A stretch of 64,000 nucleotides of DNA, taken from the NCBI GenBank assembly GCA_965223295.1, contig CBDCWC010000002.1:1632001-1696000 (forward strand), given 5' to 3'. The notes beneath the pieces are model-generated. The model did not search any database and was not told the DNA's origin. It saw nothing but the letters and a program-made list of their open reading frames with translations. A program made the position numbers and the translations under genes. The stretch's first letter is position 1; each line of letters begins with the position of its first letter. This DNA comes from Nitrospirales bacterium (GTDB lineage: Bacteria > Nitrospirota > Nitrospiria > Nitrospirales > UBA8639). Below are positions 35,520 to 45,966 of this stretch, one piece after another.

Positions 35520-38500
35520 TCAACTCCCTGCTCGCTCTTCGGTTATCTCTTTCAAAGTGTTGGCTAATACTGCCCCGTTGACTGGTTTCATCAAAAATCC
35601 TTTAAGACCGAGTTCCCTGGCTTTTTCTGCAGACATGGTGTAACTAAATCCCGTACAGAGCACAATAGGAATATCTTGACGAATATTCAACAATGCACGG
35701 GCAAAGGCTTCGCCATTCATGGTCGGCATCGTTTGATCTGTGACCACCACATCGAACTGATCCGGCTGTCTTTGAAAAAGCTCAACCGCTTCATGGGGGT
35801 TCGTCTTGGGGATCACCGAATAGCCTAAATGGCTTAACACCTGTTCCCCCCAATGGGCCAACACTTCTTCATCATCAACAAATAACACCGTCCCAGTTCC
35901 CTTTGGCCATTCCAACACTTTTTCAGGCTTCAAAGGTAAAACCACATCTAAGCGGGGAAACAAAATAGTAATCTTGGTCCCATGCCCGACTTCACTCACT
36001 ACAGAAATATTCCCCCCATGCCCTACAATAATTCCATGAACCACAGCTAACCCTAGTCCTGTTCCTTCTCCCAATCCCTTCGTCGTAAAAAATGGCTCGA
36101 AAATACGATCAAGAACCTGAGAAGGCATCCCATGTCCTGAATCTTGAATCGTGAGCTGCAGATAGGAACCAGGCTTTAATTGAGGAACAGTAGAAGTCGT
36201 ATTCTCCGTGATGTCTATCGAGGTCAGAGACAAGGTTAATATTCCCCCATTTTCCCGCATCGCATGTTCCGCGTTAGCACATAAATTCATAAGCACTTGA
36301 TGAATTTGTGTGGGATCGGCAAAAACAACTGCCGAGTCATCGGAAAAGGTCGACTGAATTTCAATCGTGGCCGGAAGAGTCGCTCGAACCATCTTTAGGG
36401 CGTCTTTGACCAGGACGTTTAAATCAACAGCTTCTCGCTCCTGATCAGAACGACGGCTAAACGCCAAAATTTGCTTTACAAGTTCTTTCGCCCTTTGCCC
36501 GGCTGCCACCACCTCCTCCAAATAGGAAACTAAACGCGGCTCTTTCGGGGCCTGAGCCAGGGCAAGTTCTGAATAGCCTAGAATCGCTCCTAAAATATTA
36601 TTGAAATCATGAGCAATGCCTCCAGCTAAGTTTCCAATAGCCTCCATTTTCTGAACTTGTTGAAGCTTCTGGTCGCTTTCCCGCAAAACCATTTCCATCT
36701 GTTTGCGTTCAGTCACATCCCGCATAAAGCAGTGATAATGATCATCCCCATGGTCCTTGTTCATTCCACTCACCAGCACCACTTGCTTATAAAAAATCGA
36801 ACCATCTTTTCGTACAGCTCTAGCCTCAAACTCTCCCGTACCTGTCGTTCTCATGACCTCAAATGCAGCCAACGCGATGGCGTGATCATCAGGATGCACC
36901 GTGATTTTCCAGGACTGTCCCAAAAGTTCCTCTGACGTATAGCCAAGCGGCTCCGCATAGGCGCCATTGACCTGAAGGAACAGTCCTTCATTATTCAGAA
37001 TCGAAATGCCTGGCGTCGCATGGGTGAGCGCAAAATTCATCTCCTCTAAGGCTTTCTCTGTCTCCTTTCTCTGAGTGATATCACGGGATACAACAACCCC
37101 TCGAACCTCTCCCAGCGCAGTTTGGAACATACGCCCAGTACTCTCAAACCATCGATACTCTCCATTCTGATGTCGATAGCGATAAACGGCACGTCCGGAT
37201 CCAGAGAGTTGCATGCCTTGCGTAAATTCTGCTACCACGGCTTGGAGATCCTCGGGATGTACTAAGGAAAAGATACTGGATCCGAGTAGCGTTTGAGGTC
37301 CATAGCCCAAAACCTCTTGAAAATTGGGGCTAACATACAAAAATGTGGCATCTCCATCGACTTCAGCAATTAAATCAATGGCATTATCCATAATCGCCCG
37401 GTATCGCTTTTCCCGTTCTTGAATGGTCAATTCCGCTGCTTTACGGTACGTGATATCACGAGCGATACACAAAAAACCCTCGAGGCCTTCTTCCGTCTGT
37501 TGAATAATTTCCTTCGTGACCAAAAATGTACGAGAGACGGCCCCAGTATCCTCTACATCCACTTCAAAGGATTTTGGTGCTCCCTTCCGAACCACCTCGT
37601 CATCAAGTTCACAAAACAGCGGATGCGCTTCATTCATGGATAATTCTGAATCCGTTTTGCCAAGGATCTCTTCAATTGGCCGTTGGAGGAATGCCGCTCC
37701 TGTGGAATTGATGAGTAGATACCGCCCTTGCAAGTCTTTGACAAAAATAATATCACTGGTTCCCTCCACCACCGACGTTAACAATGCATGCTTGCGTTTG
37801 AGGGCTTCTGCGGCTTCTATCTGATCTGTGATATCGCGAATCGTCCCCCCACCGCCAATACATGTTCCCTGTTCATCAAAAATCGCCTGGCCTTTCCCCC
37901 TAAACCATCGATACTCTCCTGATTTCATCTTGAGTCGTGATTCCACGTCATAGGGCACATGATGTTCGATATGATCTCTCATGGCCTGAAAGACTCGCTC
38001 ATGATCTTCCGGATGTAGGCGAGAAGCCCATGATTCTAAGACAGGGGGGAAATCTTGTTCATCAAAACCTAAGAGGGTGACGAATTGTGAAGAATACCAA
38101 ACAGGGGTCTCCGGCAAATCCCAAGGCTTATGAGGCAATCGATAGCCTACCCAAAGACCTTCCTGAGAGCACTGCATTGCAATCTGAAATTGCTCTAATT
38201 GACCACGATAGTCCGCAATCCTCTGTTGAGCCGCAGCAAGTTCTTGCCGAAGCGGTTCATGTGGCACGGCAGACTCCCTATCGCGGGTCTTTTCAGCAGG
38301 TTTCGGAGCGAATCTATCTTTCTGTCCAAAATTTTCAGACAACGCCTCTTGGGTATATCGCGTGGTCACATCCAGTACCACACCTTCATATCCTAAAACA
38401 CGGCCATGGGGATCGGAGATCGCCTGGGCATACTCTTCAAGCCATACTCGGTCACGGCTGAGTCGAAAACCCTGCCACACAGTTGGCCCGATCATTTCTT

Positions 38501-38852
38501 GGGTCTGATCTTGGCTTTGAAATAGTTGCCGCCAGGCCTCTCGCTGCTTTGGGTCAACATATAATTGGGTCCCAATATCCGCCACAGATTCCATCATGGA
38601 TTCAGAAGAGTGATAACCAAAGATTCGAGCCAATGCCGGATTAGCCATCACCAATTTTCCATCTACCGTACTTCGATACACCCCAACGAGCACGTGATCA
38701 ACAAGCTGTTGAAGACCTCCAAGCTCTTTCTCGATTGGAGAAGTGCTCTTGTCTTGACTAAGCCGAAGAGACAAATGAAGATCTCCAACTTGTTTTCGAA
38801 GGATCTCCGGAGATTGGGATGACGGTCGACTGGCGGGGATATTAGGATCCAT
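35520..38852 (-). CDS. Multi-PAS hybrid sensor histidine kinase with C-terminal receiver
   Basis: About five PAS/PAC repeats (three with HP.D, two with GEYRWF), QKMEAIGNLAGGIAHDFNN, FEPFFTTK, GTGLGL, VLFVDDE..VTDQTMP..KP. The ORF is open to 38951. Confidence 0.92.
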   Translation of the reverse strand: MDPNIPASRPSSQSPEILRKQVGDLHLSLRLSQDKSTSPIEKELGGLQQLVDHVLVGVYRSTVDGKLVMANPALARIFGYHSSESMMESVADIGTQLYVDPKQREAWRQLFQSQDQTQEMIGPTVWQGFRLSRDRVWLEEYAQAISDPHGRVLGYEGVVLDVTTRYTQEALSENFGQKDRFAPKPAEKTRDRESAVPHEPLRQELAAAQQRIADYRGQLEQFQIAMQCSQEGLWVGYRLPHKPWDLPETPVWYSSQFVTLLGFDEQDFPPVLESWASRLHPEDHERVFQAMRDHIEHHVPYDVESRLKMKSGEYRWFRGKGQAIFDEQGTCIGGGGTIRDITDQIEAAEALKRKHALLTSVVEGTSDIIFVKDLQGRYLLINSTGAAFLQRPIEEILGKTDSELSMNEAHPLFCELDDEVVRKGAPKSFEVDVEDTGAVSRTFLVTKEIIQQTEEGLEGFLCIARDITYRKAAELTIQEREKRYRAIMDNAIDLIAEVDGDATFLYVSPNFQEVLGYGPQTLLGSSIFSLVHPEDLQAVVAEFTQGMQLSGSGRAVYRYRHQNGEYRWFESTGRMFQTALGEVRGVVVSRDITQRKETEKALEEMNFALTHATPGISILNNEGLFLQVNGAYAEPLGYTSEELLGQSWKITVHPDDHAIALAAFEVMRTTGTGEFEARAVRKDGSIFYKQVVLVSGMNKDHGDDHYHCFMRDVTERKQMEMVLRESDQKLQQVQKMEAIGNLAGGIAHDFNNILGAILGYSELALAQAPKEPRLVSYLEEVVAAGQRAKELVKQILAFSRRSDQEREAVDLNVLVKDALKMVRATLPATIEIQSTFSDDSAVVFADPTQIHQVLMNLCANAEHAMRENGGILTLSLTSIDITENTTSTVPQLKPGSYLQLTIQDSGHGMPSQVLDRIFEPFFTTKGLGEGTGLGLAVVHGIIVGHGGNISVVSEVGHGTKITILFPRLDVVLPLKPEKVLEWPKGTGTVLFVDDEEVLAHWGEQVLSHLGYSVIPKTNPHEAVELFQRQPDQFDVVVTDQTMPTMNGEAFARALLNIRQDIPIVLCTGFSYTMSAEKARELGLKGFLMKPVNGAVLANTLKEITEERAGS

Positions 38853-38984
38853 ACAAGACACATTTGGGTGGAAAGGGTGACACCCGAAGGCCTTCAAAAA
38901 TAGCAGCCCTACAACAAAGACCACAATGAAAGATCTGTCAACTAATGTCAAGAGAAAAGTCGACTCTGTGACTTATTTACACTT

Positions 38985-39175
38985 GGGTCTGTTGAAAAAA
39001 GCCGCCAGCTGCGTTCTCGCCATTGTTCCGTGCTCACGTAGGACTAGTACGCTCCGCGCGCAAGAATGACTGTGGCCTTGCTGGACGGAATTTTTTGAAC
39101 AGACCCAAGGCCTCTGACATGTGACACCGCAGAGACGAAATGTAGCCGTTGATATCATCATTATTCAATAGTCCC
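38985..39175. mobile_element. MITE-like dispersed repeat, copy 3, with 4-bp target duplication
   Basis: Ends GGGTCTGTTGAAAAA / TTATTCAATAGTCCC, flanked on both sides by ACTT (38981-38984 and 39176-39179). Confidence 0.82.
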
Positions 39176-39312
39176 ACTTGTTTCTGCCATAACCACCAAA
39201 TGAAATGCTTCTCTGACGACTTTGTGTTATCCCGTGGATGCTTTATTTTGATACGACAGAAATACCATGCTAGACTCCGACATGTTTTTGTCTTCACTAC
39301 TCACTATCATAC

Positions 39313-40107
39313 TTGATGAAAAAATCTGTTCTTACGATTGCTGGCTCTGACTCAAGTGGCGGGGCGGGCATCCAAGCTGACCTCAAAGCTCTGTCGGCAC
39401 ATCGCATTTTTGGCCTGTCGGTCATTACCTCTATTACCGCTCAAAACACTTGTGGGGTATCATCTGTCTTCCACCTCCCCACGACCATCATCGACGCGCA
39501 ACTTGATGCCATCTTTTCTGATATCCCCGTCACAACCATCAAAACCGGTATGTTAGCCACACAAGACATTATTGCAACGGTCAGCAACAAACTGGCAACC
39601 CAAGCCTTTGAACACCTTGTTGTCGATCCAGTCATGGTAGCCAAAGGCGGACATGTCCTTCTGGAAGATAGTGCCATCTCTTCACTACAATCTCAGCTCA
39701 TCCCACAAGCCTTTCTCATGACTCCCAACATCCATGAAGCAGAAGTACTTGCACAGATGACCATCACAACACTCGCGGATGCTCGGGCAGCCGCAAAAAT
39801 TATTCATCAATTAGGATGCCGATATGTCTTGATTAAGGGCGGACACCTCAAAGAACAACCTGGCACCGACCTCCTTTACGATGGCCGCTTTTTTCGAATG
39901 TACAAAGGAGAATTTATACAAACGAAGAATACCCATGGCACCGGATGCACATTGGCCTCTTCTATTGCAGCCCAACTGGCGAATGGGAAATCCGTAGCCG
40001 ACGCGATTGAAGGAGCAAAGACCTACATCACTGAGGCTATACGCCATGGTTTCTCACTCGGTCAGGGTCATGGACCAACAGACCATTTTTACTTTCTCCA
40101 AGCCTAG
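39313..40107 (+). CDS. thiD: Hydroxymethylpyrimidine/phosphomethylpyrimidine kinase
   Basis: [48 protein letters not shown]. Confidence 0.95.
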   Translation: MMKKSVLTIAGSDSSGGAGIQADLKALSAHRIFGLSVITSITAQNTCGVSSVFHLPTTIIDAQLDAIFSDIPVTTIKTGMLATQDIIATVSNKLATQAFEHLVVDPVMVAKGGHVLLEDSAISSLQSQLIPQAFLMTPNIHEAEVLAQMTITTLADARAAAKIIHQLGCRYVLIKGGHLKEQPGTDLLYDGRFFRMYKGEFIQTKNTHGTGCTLASSIAAQLANGKSVADAIEGAKTYITEAIRHGFSLGQGHGPTDHFYFLQA

Positions 40108-40113
40108 CTCTTT

Positions 40114-40920
40114 ATGCGTACGACTTCACCAAAGTCACCTGAACCAGTAATCGAGACTTCCGTACCATTATTGAATAATTCAGAGCTCTCAACATCCGCC
40201 GTCTTGACTGAACCGTCTCAGAGTACAAATCTGGCCGTCATTCTGTGTCATGGATTTCTGTCTGATCAAAACAGCCGCACCAATCGCAGACTCACTGAAT
40301 TGCTTGCTCCGCAGGGTATCGCCACACTACGCTTTGACTGGTATGGCATGGGGGAAACACAGGAACATTTCTCGCAATTGAGTCTAAGACAATGCAAGGA
40401 GCAACTGGATGCCGCATTTCGGATATTGACAGAAAGAGGGATGACTCGACTCGGGCTCATCGGATCAAGCTTCGGCGGCCTCTTAGCCATTCTTGCCGCT
40501 CCCAATCACCCCAATCTTCTCGCCTTAGGCCTGAAATGCCCCGTCGTGGATTTCCCTGAAGTCCTTCGCCTGGAATTCGGACTTGAAGCTATGGAACACT
40601 GGAAGTCCACCAATCACATCCCAAATCTTATTGATGACGGTGAACCAGTCCCCTTACACTACAGTTTTTATGAAGAACTTCTGACCTATGATGCCTATGA
40701 ATCGCTTTCACACATTCAGGCCCCCACATTAGTGGTTTATGGTGATCAAGATGATCTCATTCCCCGTGTTCAAATCGACCAATTACTGACAAAGCTTCAG
40801 TCAACAACCCAATTGAAGTTGATAGAAGGAGCCGATCATCAATTTGGACGGCCTGAAGATTTTCAACTCATGACCAATCATCTCTCTCAATGGATGGTTC
40901 AACATTTACTCCAATCATGA
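40114..40920 (+). CDS. Alpha/beta hydrolase
   Basis: CHGF, RFD..G.GE, GSSFGG nucleophile elbow, GDQD, GADH. Confidence 0.9.
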   Translation: MRTTSPKSPEPVIETSVPLLNNSELSTSAVLTEPSQSTNLAVILCHGFLSDQNSRTNRRLTELLAPQGIATLRFDWYGMGETQEHFSQLSLRQCKEQLDAAFRILTERGMTRLGLIGSSFGGLLAILAAPNHPNLLALGLKCPVVDFPEVLRLEFGLEAMEHWKSTNHIPNLIDDGEPVPLHYSFYEELLTYDAYESLSHIQAPTLVVYGDQDDLIPRVQIDQLLTKLQSTTQLKLIEGADHQFGRPEDFQLMTNHLSQWMVQHLLQS

Positions 40921-40924
40921 CTGT

Positions 40925-41416
40925 ATGGATCAGATAGTGAGTCCTTCTCAGTTACCTCATACGGAGCTGACACACCAACAATTTGAAATTTTTCGTATCC
41001 TATATCCCATTTTCAAAGAAGAAGTCTTCTCCCGGCGGGAACAAATGATACGCCTTACCGCGTTTTCTAGTACAGTGCTAATCGTGATATTGTTTACCCA
41101 AGCAACCATTATCCCTTGGCTTGCCCCAGACCCCTTCACGCCATGGCTGTTCACTGCGGGCATTATCTTGTTTTCTGGCGTATTTACCTTTTTCATACTC
41201 CAACATGCTAAACGTCATCAAATGGCGAAGCAACAGTTGATTACATTAGAGCAATCTCTTGGTCTCTATCACGACAAAGGGGAAACCAACGGAGACGCTC
41301 TCTTTCCACACAATTGGCAATACGACTGGACCACAGATCAAAGCGTCACGATTTACCTCGCAGCTCTCTCTATACTAACCATGCTCGTGATCATTGCAGT
41401 ACTTATTCAGACCTGA
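40925..41416 (+). CDS. Hypothetical membrane protein (3 TM)
   Basis: 163-aa ORF with three hydrophobic segments, tightly spaced in an operon. Confidence 0.7.
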   Translation: MDQIVSPSQLPHTELTHQQFEIFRILYPIFKEEVFSRREQMIRLTAFSSTVLIVILFTQATIIPWLAPDPFTPWLFTAGIILFSGVFTFFILQHAKRHQMAKQQLITLEQSLGLYHDKGETNGDALFPHNWQYDWTTDQSVTIYLAALSILTMLVIIAVLIQT

Positions 41417-41472
41417 ATAATGAGCAGACCATTCATGAACCACGGCTTTCACACCAGCAATAGATCAAATCT

Positions 41473-41997
41473 ATGTTGAAACCCTACCGAGGCGTTAGCC
41501 CCATCATCGCAGCTAACACGTTCATTGAAGATTCAGCCATGGTCATTGGAGATGTGGTCATTGGCTCAGACTCAAGTGTCTGGTTTCACGCCGTCATTCG
41601 CGGAGATGTCCATTTCATTCGTATCGGACATCGGACCAACATCCAAGACCTGTCTCTTTTACATGTCACACACGATACCTATCCACTAACGTTAGGAGAT
41701 GATATTACTATTGGACATCATGTCGTCTTACATGGATGTACGATTCGTGATCGTGTACTCGTTGGTATGGGAGCGATCATCATGGACGGAGCGGTTGTGG
41801 AGGAAGACTGCATTATTGGAGCCGGAAGCTTGGTTACTGAGCGCACTCAAATTTCTTCCAAAAGCCTGGTGATTGGTTCTCCGGCCAAAGTCAAGCGCTC
41901 TCTGACTGAGGAAGAATTGCTCTGGATCAAAGAATCAGCCCTAAACTATACCCGCTATGCTCAGCACTACTTGGCAGACCAACAAGATAGCCCATGA
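41473..41997 (+). CDS. Gamma carbonic anhydrase-family protein
   Basis: VIGDV.IG..SSVW..AVIRGD, TNIQD..LH, IGH.V.LHGC hexapeptide repeats. Confidence 0.92.
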   Translation: MLKPYRGVSPIIAANTFIEDSAMVIGDVVIGSDSSVWFHAVIRGDVHFIRIGHRTNIQDLSLLHVTHDTYPLTLGDDITIGHHVVLHGCTIRDRVLVGMGAIIMDGAVVEEDCIIGAGSLVTERTQISSKSLVIGSPAKVKRSLTEEELLWIKESALNYTRYAQHYLADQQDSP

Positions 41998-42056
41998 TTA
42001 GAACTTCGTGTTGTCATCAGTTGTCGAGTTCCTAACATCTACTCTGGTCTCATCTC

Positions 42057-42866
42057 TTGTCTGCTTCTCATAATCGCCATTCATCGTTCCCTCAACTCCC
42101 GCTAGTCATACTTGGATCCGGCTATACTGGCAGTCGGATTTACCGGAAGGCTGTACAAGCTGGTTGGGAGACATTTGCGACAAGCCGCAAACCCGACAGA
42201 CATCTGGGTGATCTCCCTCGCGCACATCGTATAGAATTTGACCTGTCTCAAAGCAGCACGTGGACGAGCATTCCCAATCCAGCCCATCTCCTTTGGTGTT
42301 TTCCTGCTGTCCCTTTTGACCTCGTTCAACAATTTATTTCGACACGCACCAACCCAACCTGCCGGCTAGTGGTCCTGGGAAGCACATCCGCCTATCTTCC
42401 AAATGGGCAGGAGGTCACAGAAGATACTTCAATCAATGACTATTTGCCGAGGGTGCAGACGGAAGAATATTTACGAACGAGCCATGGAGCCATCATTGTC
42501 CGGCTAGCTGGTCTCTACGGCCCGGGACGACATGTGTTGGATTGGATACGAAAAGGCAAGATCAAAAATACTCAGAAATGGGTCAACCTTCTTCACGTCG
42601 AAGACGCAGCCGCCATCTGTCTTCTGGCCCTTGAACGTGCAGACAAGGGAGATCTCTATGTTGCCAGCGACGGTCATCCACGAACCTGGAGAGAAATTTG
42701 CTCTGTTGCTTCAGAAAAATGGCAAATCCCGCTTCCTCCTCCTACAGCCCCTTCCAGCCCAGGGAAACGCATAGATATTCAGAAATTGCGCACAGAATTA
42801 CAGTACTCGTTTACCTTTCAGGATCTTTTTCAGGCCTTAGACCATATTGAGACTGCCTCACACTAG
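42057..42866 (+). CDS. Atypical SDR / NAD-dependent epimerase (YeeZ-like)
   Basis: ILGSGYTG, ATSR, STS.Y, RLAGLYGPGR, N..HVED. Confidence 0.82.
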   Translation: MSASHNRHSSFPQLPLVILGSGYTGSRIYRKAVQAGWETFATSRKPDRHLGDLPRAHRIEFDLSQSSTWTSIPNPAHLLWCFPAVPFDLVQQFISTRTNPTCRLVVLGSTSAYLPNGQEVTEDTSINDYLPRVQTEEYLRTSHGAIIVRLAGLYGPGRHVLDWIRKGKIKNTQKWVNLLHVEDAAAICLLALERADKGDLYVASDGHPRTWREICSVASEKWQIPLPPPTAPSSPGKRIDIQKLRTELQYSFTFQDLFQALDHIETASH

Positions 42867-42874
42867 CAATGCGT

Positions 42875-44344
42875 TCATGACCGAAACAGTGCCGTAAGCG
42901 TTGCGACGACCAACCCATTATTGATGGCATGCGCGCACATCCCTGGGACGACACTCCCTGTGCGTTCATAGAGCCAGGCCCACAGCAGACCACTCCAAAA
43001 CACAGAAAGAAACGCCACAACGCCATATCCATGAGCCAAAGCAAATATGGCTGCACTCCCAACGACCGAAGCAGACACACTTAATTTCGCTCTCAATGTC
43101 GAATACAACATTCCCCGAAAAATAATCTCCTCAAAAATCGGTGCAAGCAGGACAATCTCAATAATCAATTTTAATACCTCCCCCTGACTTCCCCAGACTA
43201 GTTGTGGGAGAAACCACTCGGTCCAGTGCACAGACATCTGCCAAACCTTACCGCCAAGCATGATCACCCAATCTCCAAGTAACCCCAACGCCATCGCGCC
43301 TAATAAAAGCGGGAACGAAGACCTCACGGATTGGAACCCATTCTGACATCCCAACAGTTTTAACAACGATTGTTTTTTGGGTCGGCAGAGAAATACCACC
43401 GCCACAAAGACGGTCGGAAGATATAAAAAAAGTGACCCGTAGTGCTCTAACAACATCGGACCATTAGGCATGACAGCCATAAGAGCCACTATGCCAATTG
43501 ACAGAGCGCCTCCGCGAACCAACACGGACAGTCCTTCTCGAAAGGTCCATGACGATCCTGGTCGATCGATCGCTCTTGTTTCTGAAGCCCTCTGACTTCT
43601 GATTCCCACGCGTGCCACGTACACAAGACAGAGTAAGCCTATCCCCCCAATGCTCAATTCTAAGAGAATAAGTGTTCGCCATTTCCATAATGGTGGATCA
43701 GTAAATTGTTGAAATTGCCGTTGGAGATGCTCTCGCAACACCTGATCACCTGACTGCTCGGCTAATCGTTTGGCCACTTGAAAATAAAACCAATTGATGG
43801 GAACTTCTTCTGCTAATTGCGCTTGTAACAGATGAAAATCTGTGGCTTTTGTTTGTCCATGTTCAAAATACGCGGCTTCCAGGGCCGCACGAAAGATGGG
43901 AAAAGGTGGGCTGACAGAGTCCCAACGTGCAAACGACCTTGTCAGATCGGCATTCAATTCCGCTTCTCCGTCTAATATTCCGGCATACAACTCATCTAAT
44001 GGATACCGAAGTTCTGGTGGAACCTCACTGTACCATTGGCGAAATTGCTCTTGTGTCTCCCCCTCTGCTCCCCATAGAAGAAACATGGCTTGTTCAACTC
44101 CCGAAAGTTCAGGAATCCGTGACTCAATACTCAACAACCGACTCGCAAGCCGTTCTAAATCACGACTTGCTGTCGCGGATTCTTGCCGTTCTTCCGTAGA
44201 AGATACGCTCCACAGGAGGAAAGCAAACCCACACACACAAATTACACCGCAAAGAAAGGTCAAAACAGGAGAAAACTGGATTTCCTCAGATTTATCTCTT
44301 TCAAGACCCGTCGACCAATGAGAAGGTTCATGAGTTCCCGTCAT
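42875..44344 (-). CDS. CPBP/CAAX intramembrane metalloprotease with periplasmic N-terminal domain
   Basis: APIFEEIIFRG, FALAH, HAINN motifs; multiple TM helices. Confidence 0.88.
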   Translation of the reverse strand: MTGTHEPSHWSTGLERDKSEEIQFSPVLTFLCGVICVCGFAFLLWSVSSTEERQESATASRDLERLASRLLSIESRIPELSGVEQAMFLLWGAEGETQEQFRQWYSEVPPELRYPLDELYAGILDGEAELNADLTRSFARWDSVSPPFPIFRAALEAAYFEHGQTKATDFHLLQAQLAEEVPINWFYFQVAKRLAEQSGDQVLREHLQRQFQQFTDPPLWKWRTLILLELSIGGIGLLCLVYVARVGIRSQRASETRAIDRPGSSWTFREGLSVLVRGGALSIGIVALMAVMPNGPMLLEHYGSLFLYLPTVFVAVVFLCRPKKQSLLKLLGCQNGFQSVRSSFPLLLGAMALGLLGDWVIMLGGKVWQMSVHWTEWFLPQLVWGSQGEVLKLIIEIVLLAPIFEEIIFRGMLYSTLRAKLSVSASVVGSAAIFALAHGYGVVAFLSVFWSGLLWAWLYERTGSVVPGMCAHAINNGLVVATLTALFRS

Positions 44345-44440
44345 ACGCCGAAATTATTCTTGGTCATTCATCCTCCACCTTAAGACAATTCTTGTATACA
44401 ATATAGATAGTAACATTGATAACCATCTTGGAGGGCCCAT

Positions 44441-45928
44441 TTGGTGTGGAACTTTTTTAAACGTAATCGCAATGGTCATAGTGCAGCACAAGACATCGGT
44501 CCGTATTCAAATTATCGTATGGCTGTACGATTAGAACTTAATCAACGAACTGGAGTCTTTGCCCAACTGGCCAACGCCATGGCTGAAGAGAAAGCCAGTC
44601 TGGGCGCGGTGGATATTGTCTCCGCGACACGGACAAAAGTGATTCGAGACATTACCGTTGATGTTCAAAGCGAAGAACATGGCGAACGCGTCCTCAAGCG
44701 GCTAAACAGTCTGCCGGATATCAGCGTTGTTGCATCATCCGATCGCATTTTCTTGATGCATTTAGGCGGAAAAATTCGTGTCGAGAGTAAATTTCCTATC
44801 AAAACACGAAACACCCTCTCGATGGTGTATACGCCAGGTGTTGGGCGCGTGGTTAAAGCCATCGCCAAAGATGAGAAACAAGCCTATACCTTCACCAGTA
44901 AAAGCAATAGCATTGCCGTCGTCACGGATGGATCTGCGATCCTCGGCTTAGGCAATCTTGGGCCAATGGCAGCCCTTCCCGTTATGGAAGGCAAAGCGAT
45001 GCTATTTCAGCAATTTGCGGGGATCGATGCCTGGCCTTTGTGCCTAAACACACAAGATTCCGAAGAAATTATTCAGACGGTCTTGGCAATTGCTCCAACA
45101 TTTGGAGGCATTAACCTTGAAGATATTAGCGCGCCACGATGTTTCGAGATTGAACAACGACTACAGCATGAATTGGAGATCCCAGTCATGCATGATGACC
45201 AACATGGAACGGCGGTCGTTATCCTTGGCGCTCTCCTCAATGCCTTAAAAGTCATTCATCGCCCTATTCAGGAAATCACAGTCGTCGTCGTCGGGTTGGG
45301 CGCAGCAGGAATCGCCTGCTGTGAATTACTCTTGGGAGCCGGAATCACCAATCTACGGGGTTGCGACAAACTCGGTTGGGTCTTAGATCGCCCAATCACT
45401 GACCTGCAGACTCATCGTCATAATCTGCGTTCACTCATTCAATACGACAAACCAACAGGAACCCTCCAAGAGGCCCTACACGATGCGCATGTCGTGATCG
45501 GCCTTTCGACGGCCAACGTACTGAAACCTGAAAATCTTGCCGTCATGACGAAAGACCCTATCGTGTTTGCTCTCGCAAATCCCGACCCCGAAATTTCTCC
45601 AGAATTGGCGATTCCCTATTGTCGTGTCTATGCCAGCGGCCGATCTGATTACCCCAATCAGTGCAACAACCTTCTGTCCTTTCCGGGCATCTTTCGTGGG
45701 GCATTGGATGTTCAAGCCAAATCTGTCAACGAACCTATGCTGCTCGCCGCCGCCAAAGCCTTGTCAAAAATGGTTCCAGAATCGGCCTTGAGCGAGGAAT
45801 ATATCCTTCCAAGCGTCTTTGATAAACAAATTGTCCCAAAAGTGGCGAAAGCGGTGGCTCAGGCCGCAATCGAGAGTGGCATCGCCCGACGAACAAAAAA
45901 AGAAATCGAAGAGAGCAGAGAAGGGTGA
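44441..45928 (+). CDS. NAD(P)-dependent malic enzyme with N-terminal ACT domain
   Basis: YTPGV, VTDGSAILGLG, VMEGK, INLEDI.APRCF, HDDQHGTA, GLGAAG, ANP.PE, GRSDYPNQ. Confidence 0.92.
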   Translation: MVWNFFKRNRNGHSAAQDIGPYSNYRMAVRLELNQRTGVFAQLANAMAEEKASLGAVDIVSATRTKVIRDITVDVQSEEHGERVLKRLNSLPDISVVASSDRIFLMHLGGKIRVESKFPIKTRNTLSMVYTPGVGRVVKAIAKDEKQAYTFTSKSNSIAVVTDGSAILGLGNLGPMAALPVMEGKAMLFQQFAGIDAWPLCLNTQDSEEIIQTVLAIAPTFGGINLEDISAPRCFEIEQRLQHELEIPVMHDDQHGTAVVILGALLNALKVIHRPIQEITVVVVGLGAAGIACCELLLGAGITNLRGCDKLGWVLDRPITDLQTHRHNLRSLIQYDKPTGTLQEALHDAHVVIGLSTANVLKPENLAVMTKDPIVFALANPDPEISPELAIPYCRVYASGRSDYPNQCNNLLSFPGIFRGALDVQAKSVNEPMLLAAAKALSKMVPESALSEEYILPSVFDKQIVPKVAKAVAQAAIESGIARRTKKEIEESREG

Positions 45929-45966
45929 GAGTCATCTCAATCCTACCAACGCTCAGATCCCATTAT

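Noticed and set aside
39176-39312. TPP riboswitch upstream of thiD
   Set aside because: No CTGAGA...ACCTGA core is seen.
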